Assembly: GCA_027923505.1 (NCBI GenBank)
Contig: BROI01000002.1
Coordinates: 310,001-374,000 of the forward strand
Length of the DNA stretch: 64,000 nucleotides
DNA from: Mayamaea pseudoterrestris
Taxonomy: Eukaryota
Direction: 5' to 3'
The translations under genes were made by a program, and so were the position numbers. Under the pieces are notes generated by a model. The model ran no database searches. It was given only the letters and a program-made list of their open reading frames with translations, and had not been told where the DNA came from. This document shows, one piece after another, positions 33,208 through 44,452 of this stretch. How positions within the stretch are numbered: position 1 is the first letter of the stretch; every line of letters starts with the position of its first letter.

Positions 33208-34450
33208 TTATATATTTGACACTGCAATTGATGACGACGCTCCTGCTGATCCTCTCAGAGATTGAACATGCAGCGGCAGTTGTGGCAGCTTTTGGCCGCA
33301 GACTGCCATTTGCGAAGGTGGGCAGTCTCCCCAGCATTGTTGCGAAATGCCAAGGGTTTCTTCCAAGATTGCTCCCGACATTTTTGACTCCAACTCAATC
33401 TCAATATACTTCATGGAGGAATGTTGCTTGACAAATTTGCGAACATTGGCATTGTGCTGATTGTAAAAGTAGATCCAGTCTTCGGTAGAGGCATGTTGTT
33501 GCTGTTTTCCAGATGCACTGCTGCTGTTGGGAAAGCCTTGGCAGGCCGACTGCCACCGCTCATGAATGCCGGACCAGCGCTGGATGCGCTCGGCCCATGC
33601 TGTAGCGTTGCGCGTCACTAATACAATGGTTGCGTTGGGGTAAAAGGTGGCGATATTGTCGAGTCCATGGATCGAGGGGTAGAAACAGTTCAAGTGACCG
33701 TTTCGAGTATTGCTGGCCCGCTCCTTGTTTTGGTAAATGTATCCGACATCCGAGTATATTTGCCATTTATCGGAAGCGCAGCCTTGCAACATGGGACGAC
33801 CTTGGCGATAGTTGTTGCCCCAGCACTGACCAATGGTTGTAGGGTGCTTGGTATCATTACGAATGCCCCAATGGACGGATCGTTGACGTCCGCACTCAAA
33901 ATACTTGTGTGTGCTAGTTGTACCACTCTTTGGAAGGCTCAAGACAAAAATAGGAAGCGGAACATTGATGGGCGGAGGATGAGGTGTATTGTGATTGATG
34001 CGTTTGGAAAGACTCTTGGTCACCGTAGTTGCGTTGACGGGATGAGACACGAGGCGCTTTGGCGCCCTTGTAGAGATGTCGTCTACGAAGCCAAGTTTTT
34101 CTTGCTCCATCGGAGACTTTACGATGTCACTGGTGACAGTCCGATCCAGTCCGGTGAAGGTTTCGGTAACTTGTCCATGAAGCATCGCGAGTAATCCCAA
34201 GCAAAGCAAGCACGTGAATGCCAGCTGTTTAAATGAGTGAGATGTTGTGTGAGAAGAAGATCCTTATAGACCCGCAAGGGGAGAACACGTCGCATTGAAT
34301 CAAACTTTTGCTTTTTTCCGATGAAATGCTTGAACTGTTAGCATTTCTCCACTCGCAATTTGAACGTACCTTGACACCGTATCGCCGAGCGACCGTCTCG
34401 GACGACTCGCGCCGAATGCTTAGCGGGGATGGTATGGCTGGGATCTGCAT
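33208..34450 (-). CDS. Type II membrane sulfotransferase-like (P-loop) protein; 2 exons
   Basis: 5'-PSB-like IFVLSLPKSGTTSTHKYFECG; VLVTRNATAW. Intron 34225-34369 (GTACGT...AAACAG) joins MQIPAIP...YGVK to the TM segment LAFTCLLCLGLLAML in frame. Confidence 0.75.
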
Positions 34451-35047
34451 ACTTTTGTCGGAGCTCTTGTATAGCAGTAGCTTTGTTTTTGACCTTGATT
34501 GCTTGATCTTGCTTGATGAATTCGAGAAAAAACAGGAAGGTCAATTGACACCAAGGCAGAACAGGCAGTGAGTCATAGGCCCAAAGTTGCCATAATTATT
34601 TGGTGTCACGCTTCGTTGTACGCGTCAGAAATGAGTCATGATGAGAACCTGTAATCGTATTTTTGCCAATGGATGCGCATCTTTGAATGAATGCGACGTG
34701 ATCGCATTCTTTCGCAAACTGCTGCCGTCCTCCGTCCCGCAAAACGCATTTAAATCGCTCGATTGATTCTTTAAGCATTTACAAAACCAGACAAGGTAAT
34801 CATGCACAGAACGATGGATTAGTTTAATATTTCTTGATTGGTACATCATAGGATGGTGGTGTGGCAATCATTCTCTTGTTTGACTGTGAGTCCCGGTCGG
34901 AGTGTCATAACCGGTACGATTCAGTTTCATTCGTTCGAAACCACGCAATCAACGAATCGACCATGGGATTTCAAACGTCGGCACCTTGACCAATCCAGTG
35001 CCAATATAAGTTCTGATTGCTGCTTTAAGTGCTCAATTCATATATAA

Positions 35048-38000
35048 ATGGGAAAATCAAGTAAAAACTCAACTAGCAAGGAAGCTTCTACTCCAAAATG
35101 CACTTGCACCGACCCCTTCAAATGCGACTGCGGCCACCGACCGGAGCGTCCCTCGCGTGGCCACAAGTGGGACTCCGCGTCGCAAACCTACAAGGGCAAG
35201 GGCCACCGCCAAAAGGGAGCGTCCGGCCAAGTGGCGTCGGTGGCAATCAAGACTGTTTCGACGCAAGCTGGCACCAAACTGGAGGGATGGCAAGCGTTGC
35301 CAAGCACGCTGCTGGACGAGTATACGCGCAAGCAAAAGCGACCGCACGCCAAGTATGCAAGCATCAGTGCAAATGGTAGCAGCAGTGGTAATGGTGACGA
35401 AAAGAAGTATCGCTATCGCGTCATTTTGCCAGACCCCAAGCAGTCGGACAAGGATTTCATGTTTGCGCCAGTTCAAGCCGTTGCCAATGTCGAGCAAGCC
35501 AAGGAGGAGGCTGCCTTGCTAGCGCTGCTTCACTTGACGCCAAACATGCCGCACGAGCGAAAGCTTCCGGAACCCTACAGACAAACGTGGTTGAACGCCG
35601 TGCAAAAAAATCAAAATGACAAGAAGCAAGTGAATGAAACAAAAGCCGATGAGGCACCTCGCGAAACAAGCAGTACCCAACAATCCACATTATCGACGAC
35701 AAATCCTACATTAGCGCAAGCATCCAGCAACTTGGTAACAAGTTCAGCGTTTGTCAGCCACGCCGAGCGCAGGGCGCATCAAGACCGCTTGAAGCAAATT
35801 CGCAACGCCAGGATGCGTCACCACGAGGCAGTGCGCCTGGCCAACATGCCGCATAAAATCTTCATGAGTGCGAAAATGCGAGCGCAAGTGGAGGCGCTAC
35901 TGCGGGGTGAACAGTTTGCGGATTTGAAGAGCAACGAGGATGACGATGAGGAAGATGAGGATGATGAGGAGGCGGATCCTGCGCAGGACGATGCTACGCG
36001 CGACCTGCGCGACTATGTCATGCAACGACTTGTCCACGAAGGCTTTACGCGGAGGCAGGCCAAGGCAGCGTTTCAACAGTCGCATCATGACAATCATATC
36101 ATTGCAGCAGCTCCTAACGATGAAGCCGCTTGGGACGATTCGTACGAAGCAAGCCTCCAGTGGCTGCTGGTGCATTTGACGGACGACCAACTACCGGAAG
36201 GCTTTGATCCGCAGCAAGGCATGTTGGACGTTATTTCTGCGCCAAAGGTGAAACAGCCAACCCCGGAGCATGATGGTTTGGCGAACATGTACAGTCTCAC
36301 TCACGAGGATGCTTCGCATCTTGCTGCATCCGCGTCGGGGCAGTCGGTGGAGCAAGCGTTTTGGAATGTGATTGTCAGTGTATCTGGCGTATCGCTTGAC
36401 ATTGACAATCGTAGTGATATCGACGCTGATACGACGTCAACAAACAAGGAGCTGCTTGATGCGGAGATTGAAGCTGTCACGTCCATCTACGGCGACGCCT
36501 GCTGCGTGAGCACGGACGAGGTTGAAACGAAGATATCCGTTCAAATTCCAGACACCGAGTTGACATTAGAATTCGTCGTCAAAAATGGTGCATATCCATC
36601 GGTATGGCCGTCACGCTGTATAGTTTCTGGAGCTTGGGACTCACGCAAACCTATTGGCGTTGCTTTACACGTAGAGCTGCTGCAATTCATGACGACCAAT
36701 CTTGCGCTTGGTGACTTTATGGTGCTCGAAATTCTTAGTCATGTGCAGCAGTTACTCTCGTCGTGCGATTATCTTCCGACAATGTCATTAAATCCGCTGG
36801 TATCATTAGACAAAGCCAACGGTAACAGCAAATCATCAACGAAAGAGTCAATCACTGCACCCAGACAAGCATCATCGAAGCCATCAATCAAAAATGTGTT
36901 CAACCAGCGACGGCCGAGAGAGCGAGCAAAATTTTGGTCTGTACTGCCCGTGCATACTCCTCCAGCTGTCGCGTTTCCCAAGATTAGTCATTTAATGAAA
37001 GCTGCGCGAGAGTCACTACCGGCTGCTTCCGCTCGGACCGAGTTCCTGAAGAAACTAGATGCATGCAGCAAGACGGGTAACGTCATGCTTGTGACCGGAT
37101 CCACCGGCTGTGGCAAAACCACTCAGATTTGTCAAATTATTTTAGAGACATTTCCTAAGGACGCCAAGATTGTTGTCGCGCAACCACGTCGGTTGGCAGC
37201 GACGGGCGTGGCAACGCGGGTTGCCGAAGAGCGGGGAGAGCAGCGCCCTGGTGTAGACAGTGTCGGTTACGTTGTTCGTGGAGACTCGGCGATCTGTGAC
37301 CGCACTCGACTAGTCTTTTGTACGACAGGAGTATTGCTACGGCAATTGCAGAACGAAAAAGCGCTCGACTGCCTGAGTCACATACTGATTGATGAATGCC
37401 ACGAACGCAGTCTAGACAGCGACATACTTTTGGGTTTACTAAAGCAAATCAAATCGTCATACCCACAATTGAAGATCATTTTGATGAGCGCGACTATTGA
37501 CGCTGAACGTATGGCAGCTTACTGGGGGCCTCGAACGCCGACAATGGACATACCAGGTCGCACATTTCCAGTCACTGATTTTACGCTAGAAGACGTCTTT
37601 GCGCTGACTCACAGCAGCAATACGGATGCTATCGATGACCTGTGTACGCATGCTAAGACATTAGACTATGATCTAATGGGTCGATTGCTGGTTGCCTTAA
37701 TTTCAAGAAGAGACAAGGGTGACGACGGTTCAATTCTCATTTTCCTTCCTGGCGCGCCCGAAATAAACAAGGCTTCCGAAGCTATTAAACGACGAGCTGA
37801 GGGCATGTCCCTTTTGCTACTTCCACTGCACGGCGGACTGCAGTCAAAGGACCAAAGCGTTGTCTTTCGGCCACCTCCATTCGGATCAACAAAAGTTATA
37901 TTGTCTACAAACATTGCAGAGACATCTGTGACAATACCGGACTGTACAGTTGTCATCGATTCCTGCCGCGAGAAACAAAGTTCATATGACCCATCGAATC

Positions 38001-39438
38001 GCATGCCGCTACTTGTGGAGCAATATGCTTCAAAAGCAAGTCTCAAACAACGTAGGGGACGTGCTGGACGTGTACGTGCTGGCATTTGCTACAAGCTAGT
38101 CTCGAAGCGAACACTTGCTAGTCTGGCTGAACATACTGAACCAGAGATACAGCGATGCTCTCTTGACCAAACACTCCTCTCTTTGCTGTTTCTGGGTGTC
38201 GAGGACGGCCTGGGGTCGTTTACGCGCACATTACTGGATCCACCAAGCAACCAGTCGCTTCGCGCCGCATCTGAAAGTCTCAAGTCACTGGGAGCTATTG
38301 AAGATGACGATCATTCTCGTGGCACATTGCGTCTCACGCCACTTGGAAAGCACCTCGCTGGCATTCCGGCTCCTCCAGTGATTGGTAAACGTAAGTTGTT
38401 TTTGAAACAAAGTGTGCTTCTTTATTGTGCTGACTTGTTTGTCTTCCTTTTTTGTATCTTACCACAGTATTGGTAATGGGCTCAATCCTAGGCTGCCGTA
38501 CCGCTGCTCTCGGCATGGCTGCAGGACTGAGTTTGACCCGTAGCCCCTTTTTAAATTTGGACTTTCCGCGCAAACCCAGAAACCAACAGCAGGATGAAGA
38601 GGAGTCACCGGAGGCGACAAAGACTCGACGAATACTCAAATCACGGCTTGAAATGGCCGAGAAAATGGGCAACAGTGACCATGCGCTGTTGGCGGCCATT
38701 TACATCGACTGGATGTCATCGCGTAGCGACGGTGGCGGAAGGAGGAAGCATCTCTGCGAAAGCATTGGTCTCAATCTTCCCGCCATGAAGGAAATTGAGC
38801 AGCTCGGAAAACTACTCGACTCCGCTTTGACTTCAATTGGCTTTCGAGCATCGGCAGAAGCTGACCGCAATTTGAATTCGCCGCGAATCATTCAAGCTTG
38901 CGCAGTGTCGGCCATGTCGCCCGCACAATTGGTGAAAGTTGTGCGCCCTAAGACGACTTATGACGAGACGGCTCAAGGAGCCAAGGAGAAGGATAATCGT
39001 TCCAGAGATTTGAAATTTTTCATTCGCCTACTAAGTGATGGAACGACAGAAGGCACAAGAGAGGAGCAAGTGTACGTGCACCCAGCGTCGTCAAACTTTT
39101 CGACCGGTACATATAGCTGCCCATGGCTCGTCTACTTCCAGCTTCTCCGGACGAGCAAGGCGTTTTTACGCGACGTGACAGAGTGCAGTCCTTACGCGCT
39201 CTTATTGTTGGGCGGACCGCTGACCGTACAGGCGTCGAAGGATTTGATATTGATTGACAATTGGGCCGCACTATCAGCAAACGCTCGCATCGGCTCACTC
39301 GTGGGTGGCTTGCGCAAGCAAATTGATGCGCTGCTCGCGGCAAAGACGGCCGACGCGTCAATGGACATTAGCAATACGGATGCCATGAAGCTCATTACAA
39401 GCATTTTAAAAACCGATGGTATTGGTGGGTCGGCGTAG
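35048..39438 (+). CDS. DHX57: DEAH/RHA RNA helicase of the DHX57/DHX29/YLR419W group (dsRBD-like, UBA-like, RWD, RecA1, RecA2, HA2, OB); 2 exons
   Basis: GSTGCGKTT, QPRRLAA, TTGVLLRQL, DECHER, MSAT, FLPG, STNIAETSVTI, QRRGRAGRVR, LTPLGKHL, SDH, VHPAS. Intron 38391-38467. The symbol is a family-level call. Confidence 0.9.
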
Positions 39439-39510
39439 CTGCAAAGCCAACGCAGGTACTCATTTCTCAGTGGATATTGACGTGAACAAGATAATGATGA
39501 AGTTAACAAT

Positions 39511-40667
39511 CCTATGCCACACAGTGGTGCGCAACTGTTCAATATACACAACAAGCGTTATCCTCGACCCATAACGTCTCGCATTCGCTAGCACCTACGT
39601 AACGCAGCTCTCACCCAGACCTACGGAATTATATGATAACAAAGTATGGTTGGGATGACAGCATCCCAGACCTCATAAATTGGACCGCGTACGCAAAAGC
39701 TCGGACGAAGCTAAGATGGGGCCAGTTTGCTAAAATAGCAAAGTTGTCAACGGGCTGGGCAGCCACGGGTACCTTCCTACATAAACAAAACTCGGACGAG
39801 ACGGACCAGTGCTGCATGTGCAGACACATAGAAGACGCTAACCATGTTCTTACCTGCACAAGCAGGCAAGAAGCACAGGTACAGTACCTCAGGAAACTGC
39901 ACAAAACGCTAGAAAGTTACCGGGTGCACCACAATATAGAGGCCTCTATTATGAAAGGCATAAAGCGCTTCTTTGGACTACCCCAGGAACCACATCACTG
40001 GTCATCAGAGCAAATAAAGTCTGCGTACACAACACAAGAAGCAATAGGCTGGGACCAATTTGTATTCGGACACATTGGAACGGAATGGATGGATCTCCAT
40101 CAGGAACACGAAATGACTCTACCAGCACTGAAACATACTAGGCAACCAGAACAATGGGTAGTTCAAACCATACAGCTGGGCTGGAAATTTATAGGCGAGG
40201 CTTGGAAACAGCGCAATGAAGACAAGCACGGGCGCGATAAAGCTAAAAAAAGAGCTGCTAATGCAGGGGTCACTACAAGCCCAGATAATCACCGCGTATG
40301 GTAATAAAAACAGACTCTCCATGCAAAGCCAGCGATTTTTCGCGCAAACCATTGAGGAAAAAGGATCAGAAGCACCCCATGAAATAAAAGCATGGCTTCG
40401 ACACGTAACAAGGTTGATTCGAGCAGAAGCGGCAACGGAAGTAGAGCGCAATCGAGACGGTAACCAGGATATCAGACGGTTCTTTAAACCTAGGGAAGGA
40501 GTAGGCTAAGACATAGAAACATTGGAAGTCAAGACGGAGGGACTTGGCACCAACACTTGGGAACGGCGGAGTCCTACAATATCTGTGAATCAATTTATCG
40601 CTTGTCATTACGGGTGGGGAGACGGTTTATGGGATAGCAGTATAAATATAAACATTTCTTAACTCTC
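39511..40667 (+). mobile_element. 5'-truncated, decayed non-LTR retrotransposon (LINE ORF2 C-terminus plus 3' UTR; resembles diatom Ambal-type)
   Basis: Absent from the duplicate copy. Encodes a CCHC knuckle (CCMCRHIEDANHVLTC) and QEAIGWDQFVFG...W...WKQRNEDKHG, with stops and frameshifts. Flanked by TGATGAAGTTAACAAT (39495-39510) and TGATGAAGTTATCAAT (40668-40683), a candidate 16-bp TSD. Confidence 0.82.
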
Positions 40668-40745
40668 TGATGAAGTTATCAATCACTGCTATAATAGTTA
40701 TATGAATTTTGTAGTTGCCTATTACCCCATTGTCTGTGGCAGCCA

Positions 40746-41960
40746 CTATCGCTCCACTACAAACTGCAGTAGCGTCCTTCCATGATCCGTGTCCGTGACA
40801 ATGTCATCGCGCAGTATCTTCCACTCGTCCCGCTGCTTACTGTTGCCGCTGACGGGAGCCGCTTGAAACATGTTTCGCAGCTCATGCCGCTCGAGCACGT
40901 GGTGCGGCTTGGGATGGTCGAACAACCAGTTTGCGCCAGCGTGCGGCTTGCAAAAGTGACTCGTCGCAAAAATAAACGGCTCGACCCTGGTATCAACAGC
41001 GTTTTTCGATGACTCTTTCATCGATTGGATCAGTCGCTCGACGAACGCCTTGTTCCAGTAGCGGACGGCGTACATGCACAAGACAATGGTGCCATTGTTG
41101 TTTTGGTCAAGACTGTGCAACAAACTGTCCGCCTCCTTGTCAACATCAACTTTTCGCACAACCGTTTCCAAACTGACGTTTCGTCGCTCGAAAAAGTCGT
41201 GGATTGGCTGCTCTGCCTGTGGCGATCGATACCGCTGGTCCATGGCCACGACGCGAAATTTTACGTTTGATGGCAATTGCGATTTGAGTTGCTCGGCCAG
41301 GAAGCAAACGTCGCGGCCCGCGCCGGAGCCCACGTCCCAAATTTCGTAGCAAATTGATTTAGTTGAACTTGTATTCGAGTCATTATTAATATAACTCGCT
41401 TGCGTTAGCTTGTCAACGAGCAGTGGCAAAAGAATGGACGACACCATGGGGTCGGGTTGCCAGAGTCGATCCAATGGAACGAATGCTGATGTAGAATCTT
41501 GCGTTTGTTTATAACATGGCAACAAAGAGCTACTATCATCAGCGCTCGTTGTAATTTCAAGTGCTGCTTCGTTCCGTTGCTTCTTGGCTGTCCTTGTAGT
41601 TGCTAATTCATTGTCACATTCAAGATTATGCTCATTCAACACAACGACACCCACCACGCTCCACGGCTTTTGCTGCTGCTTTGCTGTGGGCACTAGAAAT
41701 TCCATGGCAGTCACACGATCCGCATCGTTCTGCACCAAAATCACAAAGTCAACGTCTCGCGGCGGCAGTTCAAAGGATCGACTTCGGAGCTGCGCGATCG
41801 GAATGGAAACAATGGGGCGTCGATGGATATTGTTTCGTAGCGAAGCCAAGGTGTCGCATAATGATGCTATTTCCGGCAAGAGACTCAGCAATGGAAGACT
41901 TGCATATATTGGATTGTTGACTAGGTCGCTCCATGCTATTACTGGTGGAGCAGGTGGCAT
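40746..41960 (-). CDS. Class I SAM-dependent methyltransferase (TehB-like) with degenerate rhodanese-like N-terminus, copy 1
   Basis: SIPIAQLRSRSFELPP, RLWQPDP, motif I WDVGSGAGRDVCFLA, VVAMDQRY, YAVRYW. Confidence 0.75.
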   Translation of the reverse strand: MPPAPPVIAWSDLVNNPIYASLPLLSLLPEIASLCDTLASLRNNIHRRPIVSIPIAQLRSRSFELPPRDVDFVILVQNDADRVTAMEFLVPTAKQQQKPWSVVGVVVLNEHNLECDNELATTRTAKKQRNEAALEITTSADDSSSLLPCYKQTQDSTSAFVPLDRLWQPDPMVSSILLPLLVDKLTQASYINNDSNTSSTKSICYEIWDVGSGAGRDVCFLAEQLKSQLPSNVKFRVVAMDQRYRSPQAEQPIHDFFERRNVSLETVVRKVDVDKEADSLLHSLDQNNNGTIVLCMYAVRYWNKAFVERLIQSMKESSKNAVDTRVEPFIFATSHFCKPHAGANWLFDHPKPHHVLERHELRNMFQAAPVSGNSKQRDEWKILRDDIVTDTDHGRTLLQFVVER

Positions 41961-42453
41961 GCTGGAAAGTGATTTTCGCTCATGGTGAATGTGACTCGTC
42001 GAACCTATCGTCACGCTTTTTCAAAACGTGTTTCTGTCGTACCGATATGATGACGTTTCGACAGCCAGTTAGCTAACCAGTGTGTATGAAATTTCAAATC
42101 AATTGCCTAAACCCGTATGAGCTATTGGCGCTCCCTCAACAAATTCTTTATACGTTACTAATACTATAGCTACAGTTAATAGTTTCTTACTTTAGCTGCT
42201 GTAGTACCTAGCACGATACTATATTTTGTCTGTAACCAATTCGCAGAACTGGAAGTGAGCCAAGTGAATCCCAGTGATAGCCTTGAAGCTGCGCACCACA
42301 TGACTACCCTTTTCACATTCATTTTTTTGATCGTGACGGACGTTGCGCACACCGACAGTGACTGCTTGGCCCTTGTTGGAAGCGCAACGAAGGAGGTTGA
42401 GTGCTTGCCGTTACAGAGTACTGGCCAAGCTCTGCTGACCGAGTCAAGCCACC

Positions 42454-43860
42454 ATGGCGCCAAACAAGAAGACCACCATTGAAAGGTCAAAAGGCATCGA
42501 GTCTGCGCTGCCGATATCGAGTACTCTGGCACTGCAGTCGGCGCTCGCTGCTTTAACGCCGTCAACCCATCAGCCACCACTATTCTCCAGCCTTGAACTG
42601 CTGCACCTCGAGCAGCTCTTGCAGGCTCGAGCAACGATGCGAGCGCAGCAAGAAATGCAGCAGCAGCAAATCTATTTGAATCCAATGGAATGGATGCTTC
42701 GGCGGCAGCAGCAGCAGCAGCAGCAGCTGTTACTGCAGGCAATGCAGCTACAGTCAAGCTTGCCGCTTGTTCCAACCTTTGCTACTACCTATCCCTTGGC
42801 GCCATCATTCCAGCCTGCAGCCATGCCTCTCTCCATGCTATACCAGCAGCAGCAACAAGCGTATACCACTGCTCAATATACCAATCACGCGCTGCAACTA
42901 CAACAGCTACTGCTACAGCAGCAGGCAATGCAGCAGTCGCAGCCTTTAACGGCTCATGCATCCATTCACGCCAGTCCGTCTCCAGCAAACCATGCAGTCA
43001 TGCTGGCTCGCCGCCAGGATCAACTCAACGATACATGCTTGCCTTCAAAATCTGGTTTTGTCAAGAAGTCATTTGTTGGTAGCGGCGCAACGCCAAGCAT
43101 AGAACGCTTATTGACTTCAGCTTCAGCGCGAATACGTCAAGCGAAAGCAACCAAACGTTCCACTAGCTCGTCATTGTCTGCTAGCAAGCCACAACCTACT
43201 ATTCCATCCAACAGGAGTTCAGTCACTAAATCCGCTATTACTAACAGCAAACCATCCGCTGCGTTGACCAGCAACTTTCGCAACAGAAGAACTCGCAAGC
43301 GTCGCATGATTCAAACCTTTCCCATCAAGCTGCACAAGATGATTTGCGCCGCCGCACAAGACGATCGCTTGCAACACTTGCTCGCCTACACAAACGACGG
43401 CACTGCCTTTAGCATGACACATGATACGTACGAAATGGAGGAGCAATTGTTTCACAAGTTTTTTGTGAGTCAATGTAGATCTGGTGAATGTGCAGTGGGT
43501 CGGCAACGTTTGACAGTCTCCTCACTCAAAGTTCTCCTTTTCGTTCTTCCTCTTCAACAGCGACACAAAAACTTTGCCTCCTTTCGGCGTCAGCTCTGCA
43601 TTTACGGATTCATAAAGGTTTCAAAAAGTAAGCAGTAGCTCCGTTGTTGCATGCAAGGACCGCCGCATGAACTCCGCCTCACCTCTGTCTATTTAGTCAA
43701 GAACAAGGTAGCGTACGCTCATCCCCTCTTTTTGCGAGACCAGCCGGAGCTTGCCAAGCAAATGGTGCGAGAACCGATCGTGGAGCAGCAGCAGCAGGTG
43801 CCGATTGCTAATGGCGAAAACTCTTCAGCGACAAGTCTTGCTTCCTCCGAAACCTCATGA
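42454..43860 (+). CDS. HSF-type DNA-binding transcription factor with polyQ N-terminus, copy 1; 3 exons
   Basis: FPIKLHKMI...AYTNDGTAF...FF|RHKNFASFRRQLCIYGFIKV...AYAHPLFLRDQPELAKQM. Introns 43465-43560 and 43628-43696. Confidence 0.88.
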
Positions 43861-44452
43861 TGCTACTGCTGCTTCGTCTCTACAAGGGAGAACGCATCCG
43901 AAACAACTGAATGCTACTCTGCTGCTAGTGACATGATGCATGTCGTATCTTGTGCAGGTAGTGAAGCGGTACATATGTATGTATGAAGACGCCCAACGTG
44001 ACGACGGATAGCAAGCTGCACTGCACAGGCAACAGCTGTCGCTCGCAGCGAATTTCGATTGGTTCCAGCAAACGCATCGCTCGCACTGCAACGAGGAGAG
44101 TGACGGTCCGACAACCTAGCTATGGTTGCAAACCCAGCTTTCGTTTTGCTTTGGCAGATTTTGAGTGTAACGTATATGCGGTACAAGTACAGCCAAATAT
44201 CTAACACACAATGCTTGTCTCGCCGTGGCTCGTAAAGAGATTAAGACATTTTTGACGCAATTGCGGCTAGTACATGGAATTTTGATGATGCATTTCGACC
44301 TTTCCGGCGAAGATGCCGAGGTTTTTGAATCCACGGTTACATGAACGGACTGAACGTGGAAACCCTTACGCCGTCGTGTTTCGCGGCGTCATAAAACGCT
44401 GTTGCAACAAAAAAAAATTTACAGCGCTTGTATATATCATCTCGCCTTCACC

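Larger units (their letters stand above)
37592..44125 (+). repeat. Segmental duplication, copy 1 (helicase 3' half, methyltransferase, HSF gene); right end may extend further
   Basis: Collinear high identity with 58337-64000, starting at GACGTCTTTGCGCTGACTCACAGC. Confidence 0.95.

Noticed and set aside
40660..40700. CTGATGA suggesting a hammerhead ribozyme or Penelope end
   Set aside because: No downstream GAAA or supporting stems seen; better explained as part of the candidate TSD.
42176..42775. Ala-rich antisense ORFs here and at 62188-62646, plus many other overlapping short ORFs
   Set aside because: Shadows of CAG-rich or GC3-rich coding strands.
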